A DNA stretch of 64,000 nucleotides from Candidatus Obscuribacterales bacterium (GCA_965228855.1 CBDDIJ010000002.1:1216001-1280000); one strand, 5' to 3'. Shown: positions 10,439 to 20,527, counted from the first letter of the stretch. Notes: generated by a model from the sequence alone, not told the origin. Numbers and translations: made by a program.

Positions 10439-11851
10439 GTGGTCAGCGACACTAAGCGAGAACCAGTTACATCAATGGTGCTTTCAGTCTTCAGGGACGT
10501 CACACCAGCGCGCCTCCGTCTGTTTCTAATCGGGAATTGCGGTCTGGCGATTCTTTTTGCTGTGCTCGCTAACAATACGGTTGCGGATCACAGACATGCG
10601 CTGGATACGGTTGGTCGCTTTGCGGCGCCATCGGTAGTGGCGGCTCACCAGATTCAGTCCGGCATTATGCTTATGGATCGCGGCTTGACGGATGAATTGA
10701 TGTCGGACGATGATGAGATTGAGGGATTGATGGCCGCAGATTTCGATCGCGGCAGAATAATCGCCAGTCGAAATCTAATTCTAGCAGCGAAAAATATCAC
10801 TTACGGTGATTCTGAGCAGAAGCCGATCGAGGCTATGCAGCTCGGATTGGGCCGGTTTTTGATGCACGCCCAGAAGGCGAGAGACCTGGACTCCTCCGGA
10901 TCGAGCGAAGATGCTCGCGAGGTCTATAGAACCGCATACGATACCGTGAGCAAAGACCTTGTGCCCAATGCCAGAGCACTGTTGCAAGCGAACGTCGATG
11001 CTTTAGAAGAAACATACGCCAATGAGAAAGCTCGATCGGCGTTGATCTGTGGGCTCGTTTTGTTGCTCGGAATATTTTTGATATGTGGTCTTACGACTGC
11101 GCACATTTACATGAGCGGTAAATTTCGCCGGCGCGTAAATCTGCCTCTACTCATCGCCATTTTCTTGACGGTGGCATTTGTTCAGCACTTGTACTCAGAG
11201 GTCAGGCAGAGCGCAGAGAGCCTCAAAAATGCCAAGGAAGATTCGTACGATTCGATTCTGGCAATTATGACCGCGCGAAGCGGAATTTATTCAGCGAATG
11301 CTGCACAAAGCAGATTTATGTACGATCGCGAAAACGCCGCTGATTACGAGAAAGAATTTCAAAGTGAAGTCGATACAATTGCTAAATTTACTCCCGGACA
11401 CAACTTTGCGTCAGCCATCGCTGTTGCCCAGAAAGAGCTCTCAGATGACACTCAGAGGATTAATATCCCCGGGCTCAGCGGGGCATTGGCTGTGGAATTC
11501 GCCAATCTTGAATACGATGGCGAGGCGAAGTCTGCGCTGGAAAGTCTTCTTGCGATGAATGATTTTTTGCTAACCGACCAGCGCATGCGCAAACTTGCTA
11601 TGGAAGGCAAAGAAGACGATGCAAGGCAGGTCTGTTTAGGTTATGAGCCCACGCGTTTGAAATTTGCTTTCACCAGGCTGGATGACAGCCTCAACCGCGG
11701 ATTGAAAATCAATCAGGAGCATTTCGAGCAGTTGATTGTCGATGCCAATAGCGACCTCGTCGGTTTGGCGGCTTTGTCGCAGCTGTTCGCGCTGGTGATA
11801 GTAGTTTTGGTTTATACAGGTGTCACACCGAGGCTCCGGGAGTATCTCTAA
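10439..11851 (+). CDS. GlnX-like 4-TM membrane protein with two extracytoplasmic helical domains
   Basis: TPARLRL before TM1, RRRVN between TM2 and TM3, C-terminal PRLREY; topology TM-helical-TM-TM-helical-TM. Confidence 0.65.
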   Translation: MVSDTKREPVTSMVLSVFRDVTPARLRLFLIGNCGLAILFAVLANNTVADHRHALDTVGRFAAPSVVAAHQIQSGIMLMDRGLTDELMSDDDEIEGLMAADFDRGRIIASRNLILAAKNITYGDSEQKPIEAMQLGLGRFLMHAQKARDLDSSGSSEDAREVYRTAYDTVSKDLVPNARALLQANVDALEETYANEKARSALICGLVLLLGIFLICGLTTAHIYMSGKFRRRVNLPLLIAIFLTVAFVQHLYSEVRQSAESLKNAKEDSYDSILAIMTARSGIYSANAAQSRFMYDRENAADYEKEFQSEVDTIAKFTPGHNFASAIAVAQKELSDDTQRINIPGLSGALAVEFANLEYDGEAKSALESLLAMNDFLLTDQRMRKLAMEGKEDDARQVCLGYEPTRLKFAFTRLDDSLNRGLKINQEHFEQLIVDANSDLVGLAALSQLFALVIVVLVYTGVTPRLREYL

Positions 11852-11929
11852 ATCACGGACGTTCGCTGATGGTTGGACGGGATGGGCTGGATAAGCAGAT
11901 TCTCAGTTTGCGCCAGTGTTTAGCAATCA

Positions 11930-11968
11930 ACTCTCGCTTCGCGGTGTTTCGAGGCGAGGTGCGAGAGT
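11930..11968. other. GC-rich inverted repeat (possible terminator or RNA hairpin)
   Basis: ACTCTCGC...GCGAGAGT arms with inner TTCGC/GCGAG pairing, downstream of the 7718-11851 gene run. Confidence 0.4.
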
Positions 11969-12067
11969 GCTGTCTTTCAACAAATGTTATCGTCGTGCGA
12001 TAGGTGTTAAGATCCAGGCGCTCAGGTGTTTTCTTTTGAATTTTAGATAAAGTCGCTCTTCGGATTG

Positions 12068-13165
12068 ATGAAAACGGAATCTTTAAATACCGCCAGAAAG
12101 GCGCTCATTGCTGTGGGTACCGCACTGATTTGTCTGACTGCGTGCGGCGGGTCCGAAGCAGTTGCCCAGAATATAGTTCAAAAGCTTGTGCAGCGTGAGA
12201 GCAGCTCCAACACCGTTTCCGAACCTAAGCAGATGTTGCGAACTGGTGTCGATTTGAGCGAATCAGGGCTATCGGTCAATTCGATTCAGCTGGCGGCTTC
12301 ACTGGGACTATTGCCAATACTCAAGGATATCGAGGTTCTCCGGCAGCGAGTTGCAGGCATGCCGAATGATGGAAGTCTGGACCGTCTAAATGTCCGGCAA
12401 GATCTGACCGAGGCGACTCAAAAGGCGATGTTAATAGTACAAAAAACCAATCTTGATGCCGATTTCACGATTGCGGAAATTCAAGCAGAGCAGATGGTTT
12501 ATACCGAAATTTTAGATTCGTACTATGATGATCGAGACCGCGCGCTTGCGAGAACAAACGCCTTGAGCTTTATGAGCAATGGTGCGCTATGGGCGGTTTG
12601 CGAGGGCCTGGCGATTCCTACTTACAAGCACTCACAGTACGCAATTTCATCGGGCATCACCGGTATTCTGGCAGGAATTGTGCCTTCCATCGCCTCGATG
12701 TACACTCTCAAACAGGTTAACGGGAAGAAGAAAATGTCCGAGGCCGAGCCTAATATGCTCGCCAAGCTCTTCGACTATCCGACTAACATCGATATCGACT
12801 ATCCAAAATCAATTTGGGAATTTCTCAACGAGGTGCCGGCGAACGAACCAGGCAAGAAGACGCGCCGAGAACAATTGATCGACGGCTGGGTGGCGGACGC
12901 TAACATTCACACATTTAACGACAGAAATTCAAAACGCCAGCTCGATATTATTACGGCGAGCGCTCCTCACAAAAAGGGCCTCACGATTGAAACTTTAGAA
13001 GTGCGCACTGTAATGCTTCAGAAGCTGACCGGCGAAATCATGAAAATGAAACGTATGTTGCTCGAACTCGACATGGCTATCATCGGGGAGAAGCAATGCG
13101 TGGCATACGACGAAGGAAAGCGCAAGCACGTCAGCAGCACTGCCCCTGGTGGCAAGTTGCAATAG
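12068..13165 (+). CDS. Secreted or lipoprotein hypothetical, paralog 3 of 3
   Basis: Same conserved blocks as 5179-7396; lipobox-like LTAC in the signal region. Confidence 0.85.
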   Translation: MKTESLNTARKALIAVGTALICLTACGGSEAVAQNIVQKLVQRESSSNTVSEPKQMLRTGVDLSESGLSVNSIQLAASLGLLPILKDIEVLRQRVAGMPNDGSLDRLNVRQDLTEATQKAMLIVQKTNLDADFTIAEIQAEQMVYTEILDSYYDDRDRALARTNALSFMSNGALWAVCEGLAIPTYKHSQYAISSGITGILAGIVPSIASMYTLKQVNGKKKMSEAEPNMLAKLFDYPTNIDIDYPKSIWEFLNEVPANEPGKKTRREQLIDGWVADANIHTFNDRNSKRQLDIITASAPHKKGLTIETLEVRTVMLQKLTGEIMKMKRMLLELDMAIIGEKQCVAYDEGKRKHVSSTAPGGKLQ

Positions 13166-13173
13166 CGCGGTGT

Positions 13174-13329
13174 CTAGCGAATCTTCGCTCTCTCGTGTCT
13201 ACTTGGGTGGTTCTTAATCGTGGACGGATGCAAATCATGTTCCATCCAGTGTTCTATCAGTCCATCTATGAGCCTGCCCATCAGGTACGCGAAGGGAAGG
13301 TACAGTAACAGAATCAAGTAAACATCCAT
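13174..13329 (-). CDS. Small (51 aa) single-TM protein
   Basis: GGAGG RBS upstream of the ATG at 13329; hydrophobic N-terminus MDVYLILLLYLPFAYLMG, His-rich tail. Confidence 0.5.
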   Translation of the reverse strand: MDVYLILLLYLPFAYLMGRLIDGLIEHWMEHDLHPSTIKNHPSRHERAKIR

Positions 13330-13454
13330 GGCACACCTCCCTCTACGCCTTGTCCTCTCATTAGACGACAATCCGTGTACGGGTGGTGTCAAAACGAAAC
13401 GGCTGTGCATCAAGATAAGATTAAGATCTGACACAGCCCTTCCGGTCGGTCCAG

Positions 13455-14357
13455 CTAATTCTGTCCGACCCAATTCTCTTTAGCTGTTTTGTCCCAGCGA
13501 TCGCGAATCTTCGCGAATTTGCTCTTACTGATTTCGCCGGACGCGAGCAGATTTGCGTTGGTTTTCCATCTGCCGGGCTTGGCTGTACCTACGATTGCCG
13601 TATGGACACCAGGAGCGGCGAGTGTGAATTTCAGCGCAACCTCGACTGCATGCTCGGTGTCTCCGTTTACAAAATCGTATTTCAGCTCCTGAAGCCGCTC
13701 CCAGTATTCCTGGTGATAGCTGTTGTCAGGTTTGGCTTTGTAGCGCCAGGCGACATTGGCAATCGGTCGTTTAGCGATCACGCCCATACCGCGCGCCATT
13801 GCTTTGGGCAGTGTCAGCTCGAGCGCCTCCTGGTCTGCGATATTCACTGATGTTTGTAAGGTGTCGAATTCGCCGCTCTCTATGGCATAAACAGCAGCAG
13901 TCGAATCGCCGCTGTAGCCGACGAAGCGTGTTTTGCCTTTTGCCTTTGCATCTTGCAATGCGCGAATCACATCGCCTTTTCTCAGAATGTCTTCCCCGCA
14001 GCTATGCAGCTGAACGAGATCAAGGCATTCGACTTTCAAGCGCTTCAAGCTTTGTTCGATGGACGCGGTAACTTCCTCGTAAGTCCAGGCCGGTATCGAA
14101 GGGTCTTTCCCGTGTCCCGCCTTGGTAAACAGATAAAAGTCATCCCGGCGGTGCGAAACGGTTTTTCCTATCAGTTCTTCGCTCCCCAGGTAACATTCGG
14201 CGGTGTCGATAATGTTTAACCCCTGGTCGAGTGCTGCCATGAGCAGGCGCTCGACCTTGTCCGCCGATGCATCTTCAAAACCGATTTCAGCGCCGCCGAA
14301 GCCCAGCACGCTGACTTCCATGCCGGTATTTCCGAGCATACGTTTTTCCATGGACAT
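13455..14357 (-). CDS. Aldo/keto reductase
   Basis: R.LG.TGM.VS.LGFG, IDTAECY..SE..IG, SLKRL...LDLVQLH; GAGG RBS favours a start at 14357. Confidence 0.93.
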   Translation of the reverse strand: MSMEKRMLGNTGMEVSVLGFGGAEIGFEDASADKVERLLMAALDQGLNIIDTAECYLGSEELIGKTVSHRRDDFYLFTKAGHGKDPSIPAWTYEEVTASIEQSLKRLKVECLDLVQLHSCGEDILRKGDVIRALQDAKAKGKTRFVGYSGDSTAAVYAIESGEFDTLQTSVNIADQEALELTLPKAMARGMGVIAKRPIANVAWRYKAKPDNSYHQEYWERLQELKYDFVNGDTEHAVEVALKFTLAAPGVHTAIVGTAKPGRWKTNANLLASGEISKSKFAKIRDRWDKTAKENWVGQN

Positions 14358-14505
14358 TAAAAACAACCTCGCGGCTTGAAGGGGATCCAGCAATTCACGA
14401 ACGATATACTCTTGGAAAACGCCTGACAATAGTTCTCTAACTTCGGAGGCGAGTGTTCATGAGTGCTAAAATCTACTATTCTTCGACCTCAATAAAGGCA
14501 GTACT

Positions 14506-15078
14506 GTGAATTCCAGGCTTTTCGCGGCGTTGCTTCTATTGGTTTTAACCGGGACAAATGATTGTTTCGCGAAAGAAACCGATAGCAGCTCCGGAGCAAT
14601 TTCGAGCGATGCTTCCTCCACAGGCACTGTCAGCAATGCTGTCGGCAAGAAATTGCGGAAAGTGTCCTTCCCAAAGGATAACTTCTCTGTTCTGATGCCG
14701 GGCGACTTTACCACTGTGGAGAAAGCCGGTGTTCGGACCTACACGTGTGCGGACTATCCCCATGGGCTGATCACTGCGATTTGCGCGACCTCCTCTGAGA
14801 ATTCGCCTTTTACTCCTGCAGTTTTAAAAGAGCTTGTAGAGAAGCTTACTCCTAATAAGAAACAGGTCGACAGAGAATCTACCGTCAAAGTGAAAGGTAT
14901 CGAGGGCACGCAATGGGACATAACCAATAACGGTGATGCCCCGCAGGACGGCTGTCAGGTGCGGGGCTTTATCGTGGGGCGCCGGTTGTACATTTTGATG
15001 GTTTACGGGACAAAACCATGGATCGAATCTGATGCTATTAAGCAGTTCATGGATTCCCTGGAAGTCGCGAGCGAATAG
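14506..15078 (+). CDS. Secreted protein with one PsbP/DcrB-like alpha/beta domain
   Basis: Signal peptide; FSVLMPG...G..G...R.FIVGRRLYIL...F.DSL pattern also found at the C-termini of the next two genes. Confidence 0.7.
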   Translation: MNSRLFAALLLLVLTGTNDCFAKETDSSSGAISSDASSTGTVSNAVGKKLRKVSFPKDNFSVLMPGDFTTVEKAGVRTYTCADYPHGLITAICATSSENSPFTPAVLKELVEKLTPNKKQVDRESTVKVKGIEGTQWDITNNGDAPQDGCQVRGFIVGRRLYILMVYGTKPWIESDAIKQFMDSLEVASE

Positions 15079-15090
15079 GAAAAGTCTGAG

Positions 15091-16719
15091 TTGGCTGCAA
15101 TAAGTTTTAGCAAGTTTGGTCTGATACTGTCCGCGGTGCTATTGTCGCTGCAGCTGAATGTGCTGCCTGCGCTTGCCGCCGACGACCCGATTGGAACTGG
15201 AGATGAACCTGCGGCTTCCGCAGGCGAGACTGATGTTAAGGGCTCCTCCACGAATGACACGACATCATCCGAAGCCGGCGATCAAACTGCACCTGCTGCG
15301 AAACCAACATTCCTCTGGAAAGCAACCAAGGGTGGTGACACTATTTATCTTCTTGGTACCATTCACGGTGCCATGTCTCAGTTTTATCCCTTGCCGAGCG
15401 CAATCGATCAGGCTCTCGACGAGTCAAAGCATCTGATGGTGGAGATAGCGATCGATAAGGTCGATCCGTCCAGAGTCGCGAAAACGATTCACGAGCTTGG
15501 TCAATACACGCCGCCGGATCATCTGTCGAAGCATCTAACACCGGAAACCAAGAAAGTTTTCGAGCAGTTTCTCAACTGGTCGGGCGGCACCTGGGAAATG
15601 TATGAAAAATACAAGCCCTTTTATGCGGCGAGCATGGCATCGCAGTCGAAAAGGTGGGTAACGGAGTCGACAAAGTTTCGTTCTTCCCTTGGTCTGGACC
15701 TTTACTTCCTCGCTCGTGCACGCGAAGCCGGTAAGGCGATTTCTGATCTGGAGACCGTCGAGCAGCAACTGCATATCGATGCAGATCTGTCGGAAGCCGC
15801 GCAGGATAGATTGCTTCGGACGTCGATATTGCACATGAGTGAAGTCGAATCACAACTCAAAGGCTATCTCGATGCCTGGAAAGCAGGTGACACCGAGAAG
15901 ATGGAGGCTCTCGCCAAGGCGCGGACAAAAGATTATCCAGAACTACGCGAATACGAAAAAGCGTTGCTGGACGATCGCAACATTGGAATGATGAACAAGA
16001 TAAAGCTACTGACGAAGACCAAGCCTGGTCCTCATTTTGTAGCTGTCGGAGCGGCGCATCTCGTGGGCCCGGCCGGATTGGTGTCGCTGTTTGAGAAAGA
16101 CGGATTCAAAGTTGAACGTGTCTCCTCTGACGCAATGAGTAGCACGAAGCCCGCGGTTACGAAGCTCGATAACAAGCTTTATCAGGAACGTTTCAAGATT
16201 TGGTTCCCGGTAGAGCCGCGTCGTTTGTCCGAGAAAGATACAGTTCGATACGAAGCTTACGAGCCGCCCAACGGTGCGTATCTGGTTTGCGTTTTTACTT
16301 CGCCGACCGAGCCCCGCGATTGGCCGGTGCCACCACCACTGATGCTGGATAAGCTGGTTACAATTTTTAAGCCAGATCCGGGTACGCGCAAGTCTTTCGC
16401 GCTCCAGGGCTATCCTGGACGGGAGATTGAGTGCTCTGGTCCCGCGTTGTCCCAGAAGCCTGGCGGGTCCGCGAAGACTAGCTCGGGGCACGGTTCTCCG
16501 GCGGGATCTGCCAGTGAGAAAAAGAGTGGCATGCCAGGCCAGGGATTTGGTTTAGGAGCTGCATTTTCAAAGGTCCAGGCGAAAGATGTAAAGGCAAAAA
16601 TTCGCGTTTATCTTGCCGGAAGAAGGTTCTTTTTGTTATGCGCTGTAGGCGGTAAGCCGTTCCTTGCCTCTGATAATGTCTCGAAGTTTTTCGATTCACT
16701 GGAGCTTCTCTCCAATTGA
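15091..16719 (+). CDS. TraB/GumN (TIKI-type metalloprotease family) protein with C-terminal PsbP-like domain
   Basis: FLWK..K...IYLLGTIH, LMVE, GLD, LET.EQQ, DDRN, FVAVGAAHL.G..G all present; signal peptide. Confidence 0.88.
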   Translation: MAAISFSKFGLILSAVLLSLQLNVLPALAADDPIGTGDEPAASAGETDVKGSSTNDTTSSEAGDQTAPAAKPTFLWKATKGGDTIYLLGTIHGAMSQFYPLPSAIDQALDESKHLMVEIAIDKVDPSRVAKTIHELGQYTPPDHLSKHLTPETKKVFEQFLNWSGGTWEMYEKYKPFYAASMASQSKRWVTESTKFRSSLGLDLYFLARAREAGKAISDLETVEQQLHIDADLSEAAQDRLLRTSILHMSEVESQLKGYLDAWKAGDTEKMEALAKARTKDYPELREYEKALLDDRNIGMMNKIKLLTKTKPGPHFVAVGAAHLVGPAGLVSLFEKDGFKVERVSSDAMSSTKPAVTKLDNKLYQERFKIWFPVEPRRLSEKDTVRYEAYEPPNGAYLVCVFTSPTEPRDWPVPPPLMLDKLVTIFKPDPGTRKSFALQGYPGREIECSGPALSQKPGGSAKTSSGHGSPAGSASEKKSGMPGQGFGLGAAFSKVQAKDVKAKIRVYLAGRRFFLLCAVGGKPFLASDNVSKFFDSLELLSN

Positions 16720-16750
16720 TAAAATACTTGAACACTACTGGAAGAGATTG

Positions 16751-18934
16751 ATGCTTTTGCGCAGGGCTGTATCGGTAATTTGTCTGTCGCTCATGATTGT
16801 GAGCGCATCCGGTTGCCCATGTCTGGATTCTCAGTCCGCCGTGCAAGCAGCGACCGAGTTCTCATCGGAAGCAGCGTTATTGGACGACGTTCATACCAGG
16901 CTTTCAGCTCTTATTCGTGAGTGCTATCCAAAAACCAAGGTAGTTAAAACAGGAAATAAACTTCGTATCGAGTACAAAGTTCGACCGTTCATTACGGTCG
17001 GCAATAAGACTGAGATGGCGCCGGACTTCGGAGGTCTGGCATGTGACATCGAGTTGCGACCTGGGAAATATTCCGGAAGGACTCGTCTGCCGCAACAGTA
17101 CAACGAATACAATTTCTATTCCGTCATTTTGATGGCTCCGTATTCAAAGACGCTCAATGCGCACCTTTACACCAAGCTGCTCTATCCATCGGATACGCCG
17201 CAGGAGTTTCAAGATCGATTCAAGGACTTGATGAATGAGTACGATGATGTCGCGATGGAAGTTTCCAAACCGCCTCCGACCTCTCCCGTGAGCGCGAGTG
17301 TAGCCCCTCCTGCGGCGGATCAACCAGCACCGGCTGTCGAGGAGCCTGCGTCGAACCAAGTCCCCAAATCTAGACAGATCTTCTGGAAGGCGCAACGCGG
17401 TGATGATGTTGCATACATTGTCGGCACGATACCGTTCCGCCAGACAAGCGGCAAAGCGCTTACGATGGCGCCCGAAATCAAGGATGCGTATAAGAACGCG
17501 AAGTCGGTAATCGTAGATTCGATAAACTTGACGACAAGCTTGCCTTATTCCGATAAGAGAATTCGATATGAAAACGGAGACAAGCTGTCCAAGCACCTCT
17601 CGCCTGAATCGACCAGGGCTATGAAACAGTATCTGGAATGGTCCGGTGAAACCATGGAGATGTATGAGTTTTGGAAGCCATGGCTAGCAACAGTAGCATT
17701 CGAGAATTCGGCGTTTCGACTCAACGGCTTCGAGCGTGTAGATTGGCAGCGGTTTATAGCTGAGAGAGCAAAAAAGGATTCGAAGCTCGTTCATGAAATG
17801 GAGTCGGCGGACGAGAAAGTAAAACTGTTCGAAAGTTTACCTGCTGAGACGCAAGATAAGCTACTCACCCTATCCATCAAGGAATTGATGAAATTTGATA
17901 CGGCACAGCAGGAGATTGAGTCCGCCTGGCGTTCAGGTGATGTTGAGAAATTAGAGCAAGCGGAAAATCGAGAGCTCGTTGGAGATGCGCCACTAAAGGC
18001 AGTATTCGATGAATTGAAATCTGCTCGTGTCAGTCGGCTCACTGAAGAAATTCAAACGTCACTGAAAAATGGGTCTCCGATTTTCGTCGCCGCGGACGCG
18101 CGAAATCTGCTTGGTGACGGCGGTTTGATAAGTCGGCTGACTGAGAAGGGTTTTTCTGTAACCCAGGGAAGTAGTGACACCGTCAGGTCACCTTCCGGAA
18201 CATCGCCTTCAGTGTCATCGCAGAAAGAACTGCCGATGCCGTCTTTCGGTGGTGCGCGCTTATCGCGTTATACGTATCCGGAAGGCAAGTTCAGCGTGTT
18301 GCTCCCGGGAAAACCCGACACCCGCTACACGACGAAAACCGGAATGCGGCAAGTGGAGTACATCTATCAGGATAATCAAGGCGCATACTGTGTCGGTTAC
18401 ATCATATTGCCTGGCGTTCCTCAAGCGGCTGCTATTCCATCGGCGCTCGATGCAACTGCAAACGGTTTAAAAGCGTCGTATAGAACGGTAGAGTCAAAAG
18501 AGGGTCCGGTAAGCCTTCAGGGTTATCCGGGTCGATTCATAAACATCACCAAGATTAAAGATAAGAGCGACTGGGGCGTCAACATTCGCATGTACGTTGT
18601 GGGAAAAATGTTGTACATTCTCGCCGCAGAAGGCACTCCGGCCTGGTTGCGTTCGCCGGCTGTTCAACAAGTGAGCAGCTCATTGACAGTTGTAACTCCC
18701 GAGGAAGAAGCGCGGGCGAAGCTGAGAAGCAGTCCGACACCCTCGTGGCCGGCGACCGCGAAGCCACCTGTTGCGAATTCCTCCACTCCGACAGTGATTC
18801 CTCCAGTATTTGATCCGAATGCTAAAAACCGAGGCGAGGTGGTTTCCCCTCGCAAGAAGAACTGGGGATCAGATCCTTACGGACCTGTGTCTCCGTATCA
18901 ACGAAGTCGCCATACATGGGGAGGTAATAATTGA
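16751..18934 (+). CDS. Multidomain secreted or lipoprotein with degenerate TraB/GumN domain and PsbP-like domain
   Basis: Paralogous to the upstream gene (LSKHL.PE...L.WSG.T.EMYE..KP) but GTIH>GTIP, RN>RV, GAAH>DARN; lipobox-like ASGC. Confidence 0.8.
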   Translation: MLLRRAVSVICLSLMIVSASGCPCLDSQSAVQAATEFSSEAALLDDVHTRLSALIRECYPKTKVVKTGNKLRIEYKVRPFITVGNKTEMAPDFGGLACDIELRPGKYSGRTRLPQQYNEYNFYSVILMAPYSKTLNAHLYTKLLYPSDTPQEFQDRFKDLMNEYDDVAMEVSKPPPTSPVSASVAPPAADQPAPAVEEPASNQVPKSRQIFWKAQRGDDVAYIVGTIPFRQTSGKALTMAPEIKDAYKNAKSVIVDSINLTTSLPYSDKRIRYENGDKLSKHLSPESTRAMKQYLEWSGETMEMYEFWKPWLATVAFENSAFRLNGFERVDWQRFIAERAKKDSKLVHEMESADEKVKLFESLPAETQDKLLTLSIKELMKFDTAQQEIESAWRSGDVEKLEQAENRELVGDAPLKAVFDELKSARVSRLTEEIQTSLKNGSPIFVAADARNLLGDGGLISRLTEKGFSVTQGSSDTVRSPSGTSPSVSSQKELPMPSFGGARLSRYTYPEGKFSVLLPGKPDTRYTTKTGMRQVEYIYQDNQGAYCVGYIILPGVPQAAAIPSALDATANGLKASYRTVESKEGPVSLQGYPGRFINITKIKDKSDWGVNIRMYVVGKMLYILAAEGTPAWLRSPAVQQVSSSLTVVTPEEEARAKLRSSPTPSWPATAKPPVANSSTPTVIPPVFDPNAKNRGEVVSPRKKNWGSDPYGPVSPYQRSRHTWGGNN

Positions 18935-20514
18935 GTTCTATGCGTAACCCTCGTTTTACTCGCTTCGGATTGAAGAACCGACTTCTGATCGCGTCACTGT
19001 TTTTCTTTACACAAGGCGGATTCTCTGCGGCTCTTGCCGATGAACTGGCCTGGCAAACTTATAACGACGCCGGAGAATCTTTTGTAAAACAGCAAAAGTT
19101 CTCGGAAGCAGAGGAGATACTCGCATTGGCTGTCAGTGCGGCTCGCGATATGAATTCGAACGAGAGATTGCGCACCAGTTTAACTCTCCTTGTGCAGGTT
19201 TTTGAAAAACTAAATCAGGCTGAGAAGGCTGAAGCTGTGCGCAAGGAATTGCAAGCTCTCGGTGGTCCTGTGCCGGTTGCAGTTGCCCCATCTTCGTCCG
19301 AGAGCACCGGCTCACCTGTTGCAGTTTACCCCCCATCTTCAGAAATTTCTACCGAACCCGTTTCGGAAACTCCCGAGTCTGTGTCTGATGCCTCGTTGCC
19401 TGCGTCCGCGACTGAAACGTCTACAAAGTCGAAATCACCTGACAGCAGCATGCAGGAGGTAAAAACTGAAGACGGGGATGTCGATAAGTTGATTCAACAA
19501 CTGTCGAGTGAACGTGAGGGCTTGCGACAGTCAGATGGTGCTGGCGCCTCGAATTCAACGTCAGGCTCACGATCTGACCGGATAGCTTCGACACTACCGC
19601 CGGTGGCAGCATCGGGAACTACAATTTCTGCAACAGAAGTGAAACAGTTGACGGGACCTTTTGATTTTTCAATTTCAATCTGTTTTGCTCCGAATTCCAA
19701 TTATGCAGCGTCGAGTGGCGGCGACCAGATCGCGCGGTACTGGGACATTTCTTCCGGTAAGGAAATTTCGCAGTGCGCCGGTCACAAGGGAAACGTAAAT
19801 TCGGTTTCGTTTTCCAGGGATGGTCTGAGAATAGTTACCGGAGGCGATGACCAGACTGTTCGCATATTCGCTGCCGGTAGCGGTCAGCAAGAGAAGCTAA
19901 TGGAGGGGCACAAGAATACTGTTCTATGCGCTGCCTTCTCGCAGGACATGAGGCGCGTTGCCTCCGGTTCCTTTGATGGCGCGATTATTATTTGGGATGC
20001 GGAAACCGGCTCCAGGGTAGGAACTCTGGAAGGGCACACCCGACCGGTGAGAAGCGTTATGTTCTCACCATCCGGTGATAAGCTGGTCTCCGCGAGCGAC
20101 GACCATACATTAATCATTTGGGATGCGAACTCGTTGAAGCCTTTGAATACGCTGAAGGGGCACACTGACTATGTCCTCAGTCTAGATATCTCGCCGGATG
20201 GTAATCGAATAATCAGCGGTGGCCGCGATCTCAAGGTTCGCTTGTGGGATATGAACAACGGCAGCGAACTGCAGGTCATGGAAGGTCATAAAAATTGGGT
20301 TCAGCGAGTGCGTTTTATGAATAGTGGTAACCAGGCCATGACCGGAAGTCTGGACAAAACTGTGCGAATCTGGGATGTTTCATCCGGTGCATTGCAAACC
20401 ACCGTTGAAGGTTTTGAGTGGGGACTGTGGGCCGAGGACTTTGCTCCTGATTCCAGGCAAGTCTTGACGGGAAGCAATGATAAAACCATCCGAGTTTGGT
20501 CGCTGCCAAACTAG
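18931..20514 (+). CDS. Secreted TPR plus WD40 beta-propeller protein
   Basis: Signal peptide, short TPR-like helix pair, Ser/Pro linker, about 7 GH...WD repeats. Confidence 0.9.
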   Translation: MSSMRNPRFTRFGLKNRLLIASLFFFTQGGFSAALADELAWQTYNDAGESFVKQQKFSEAEEILALAVSAARDMNSNERLRTSLTLLVQVFEKLNQAEKAEAVRKELQALGGPVPVAVAPSSSESTGSPVAVYPPSSEISTEPVSETPESVSDASLPASATETSTKSKSPDSSMQEVKTEDGDVDKLIQQLSSEREGLRQSDGAGASNSTSGSRSDRIASTLPPVAASGTTISATEVKQLTGPFDFSISICFAPNSNYAASSGGDQIARYWDISSGKEISQCAGHKGNVNSVSFSRDGLRIVTGGDDQTVRIFAAGSGQQEKLMEGHKNTVLCAAFSQDMRRVASGSFDGAIIIWDAETGSRVGTLEGHTRPVRSVMFSPSGDKLVSASDDHTLIIWDANSLKPLNTLKGHTDYVLSLDISPDGNRIISGGRDLKVRLWDMNNGSELQVMEGHKNWVQRVRFMNSGNQAMTGSLDKTVRIWDVSSGALQTTVEGFEWGLWAEDFAPDSRQVLTGSNDKTIRVWSLPN

Positions 20515-20527
20515 CAAGCAGGGCATC

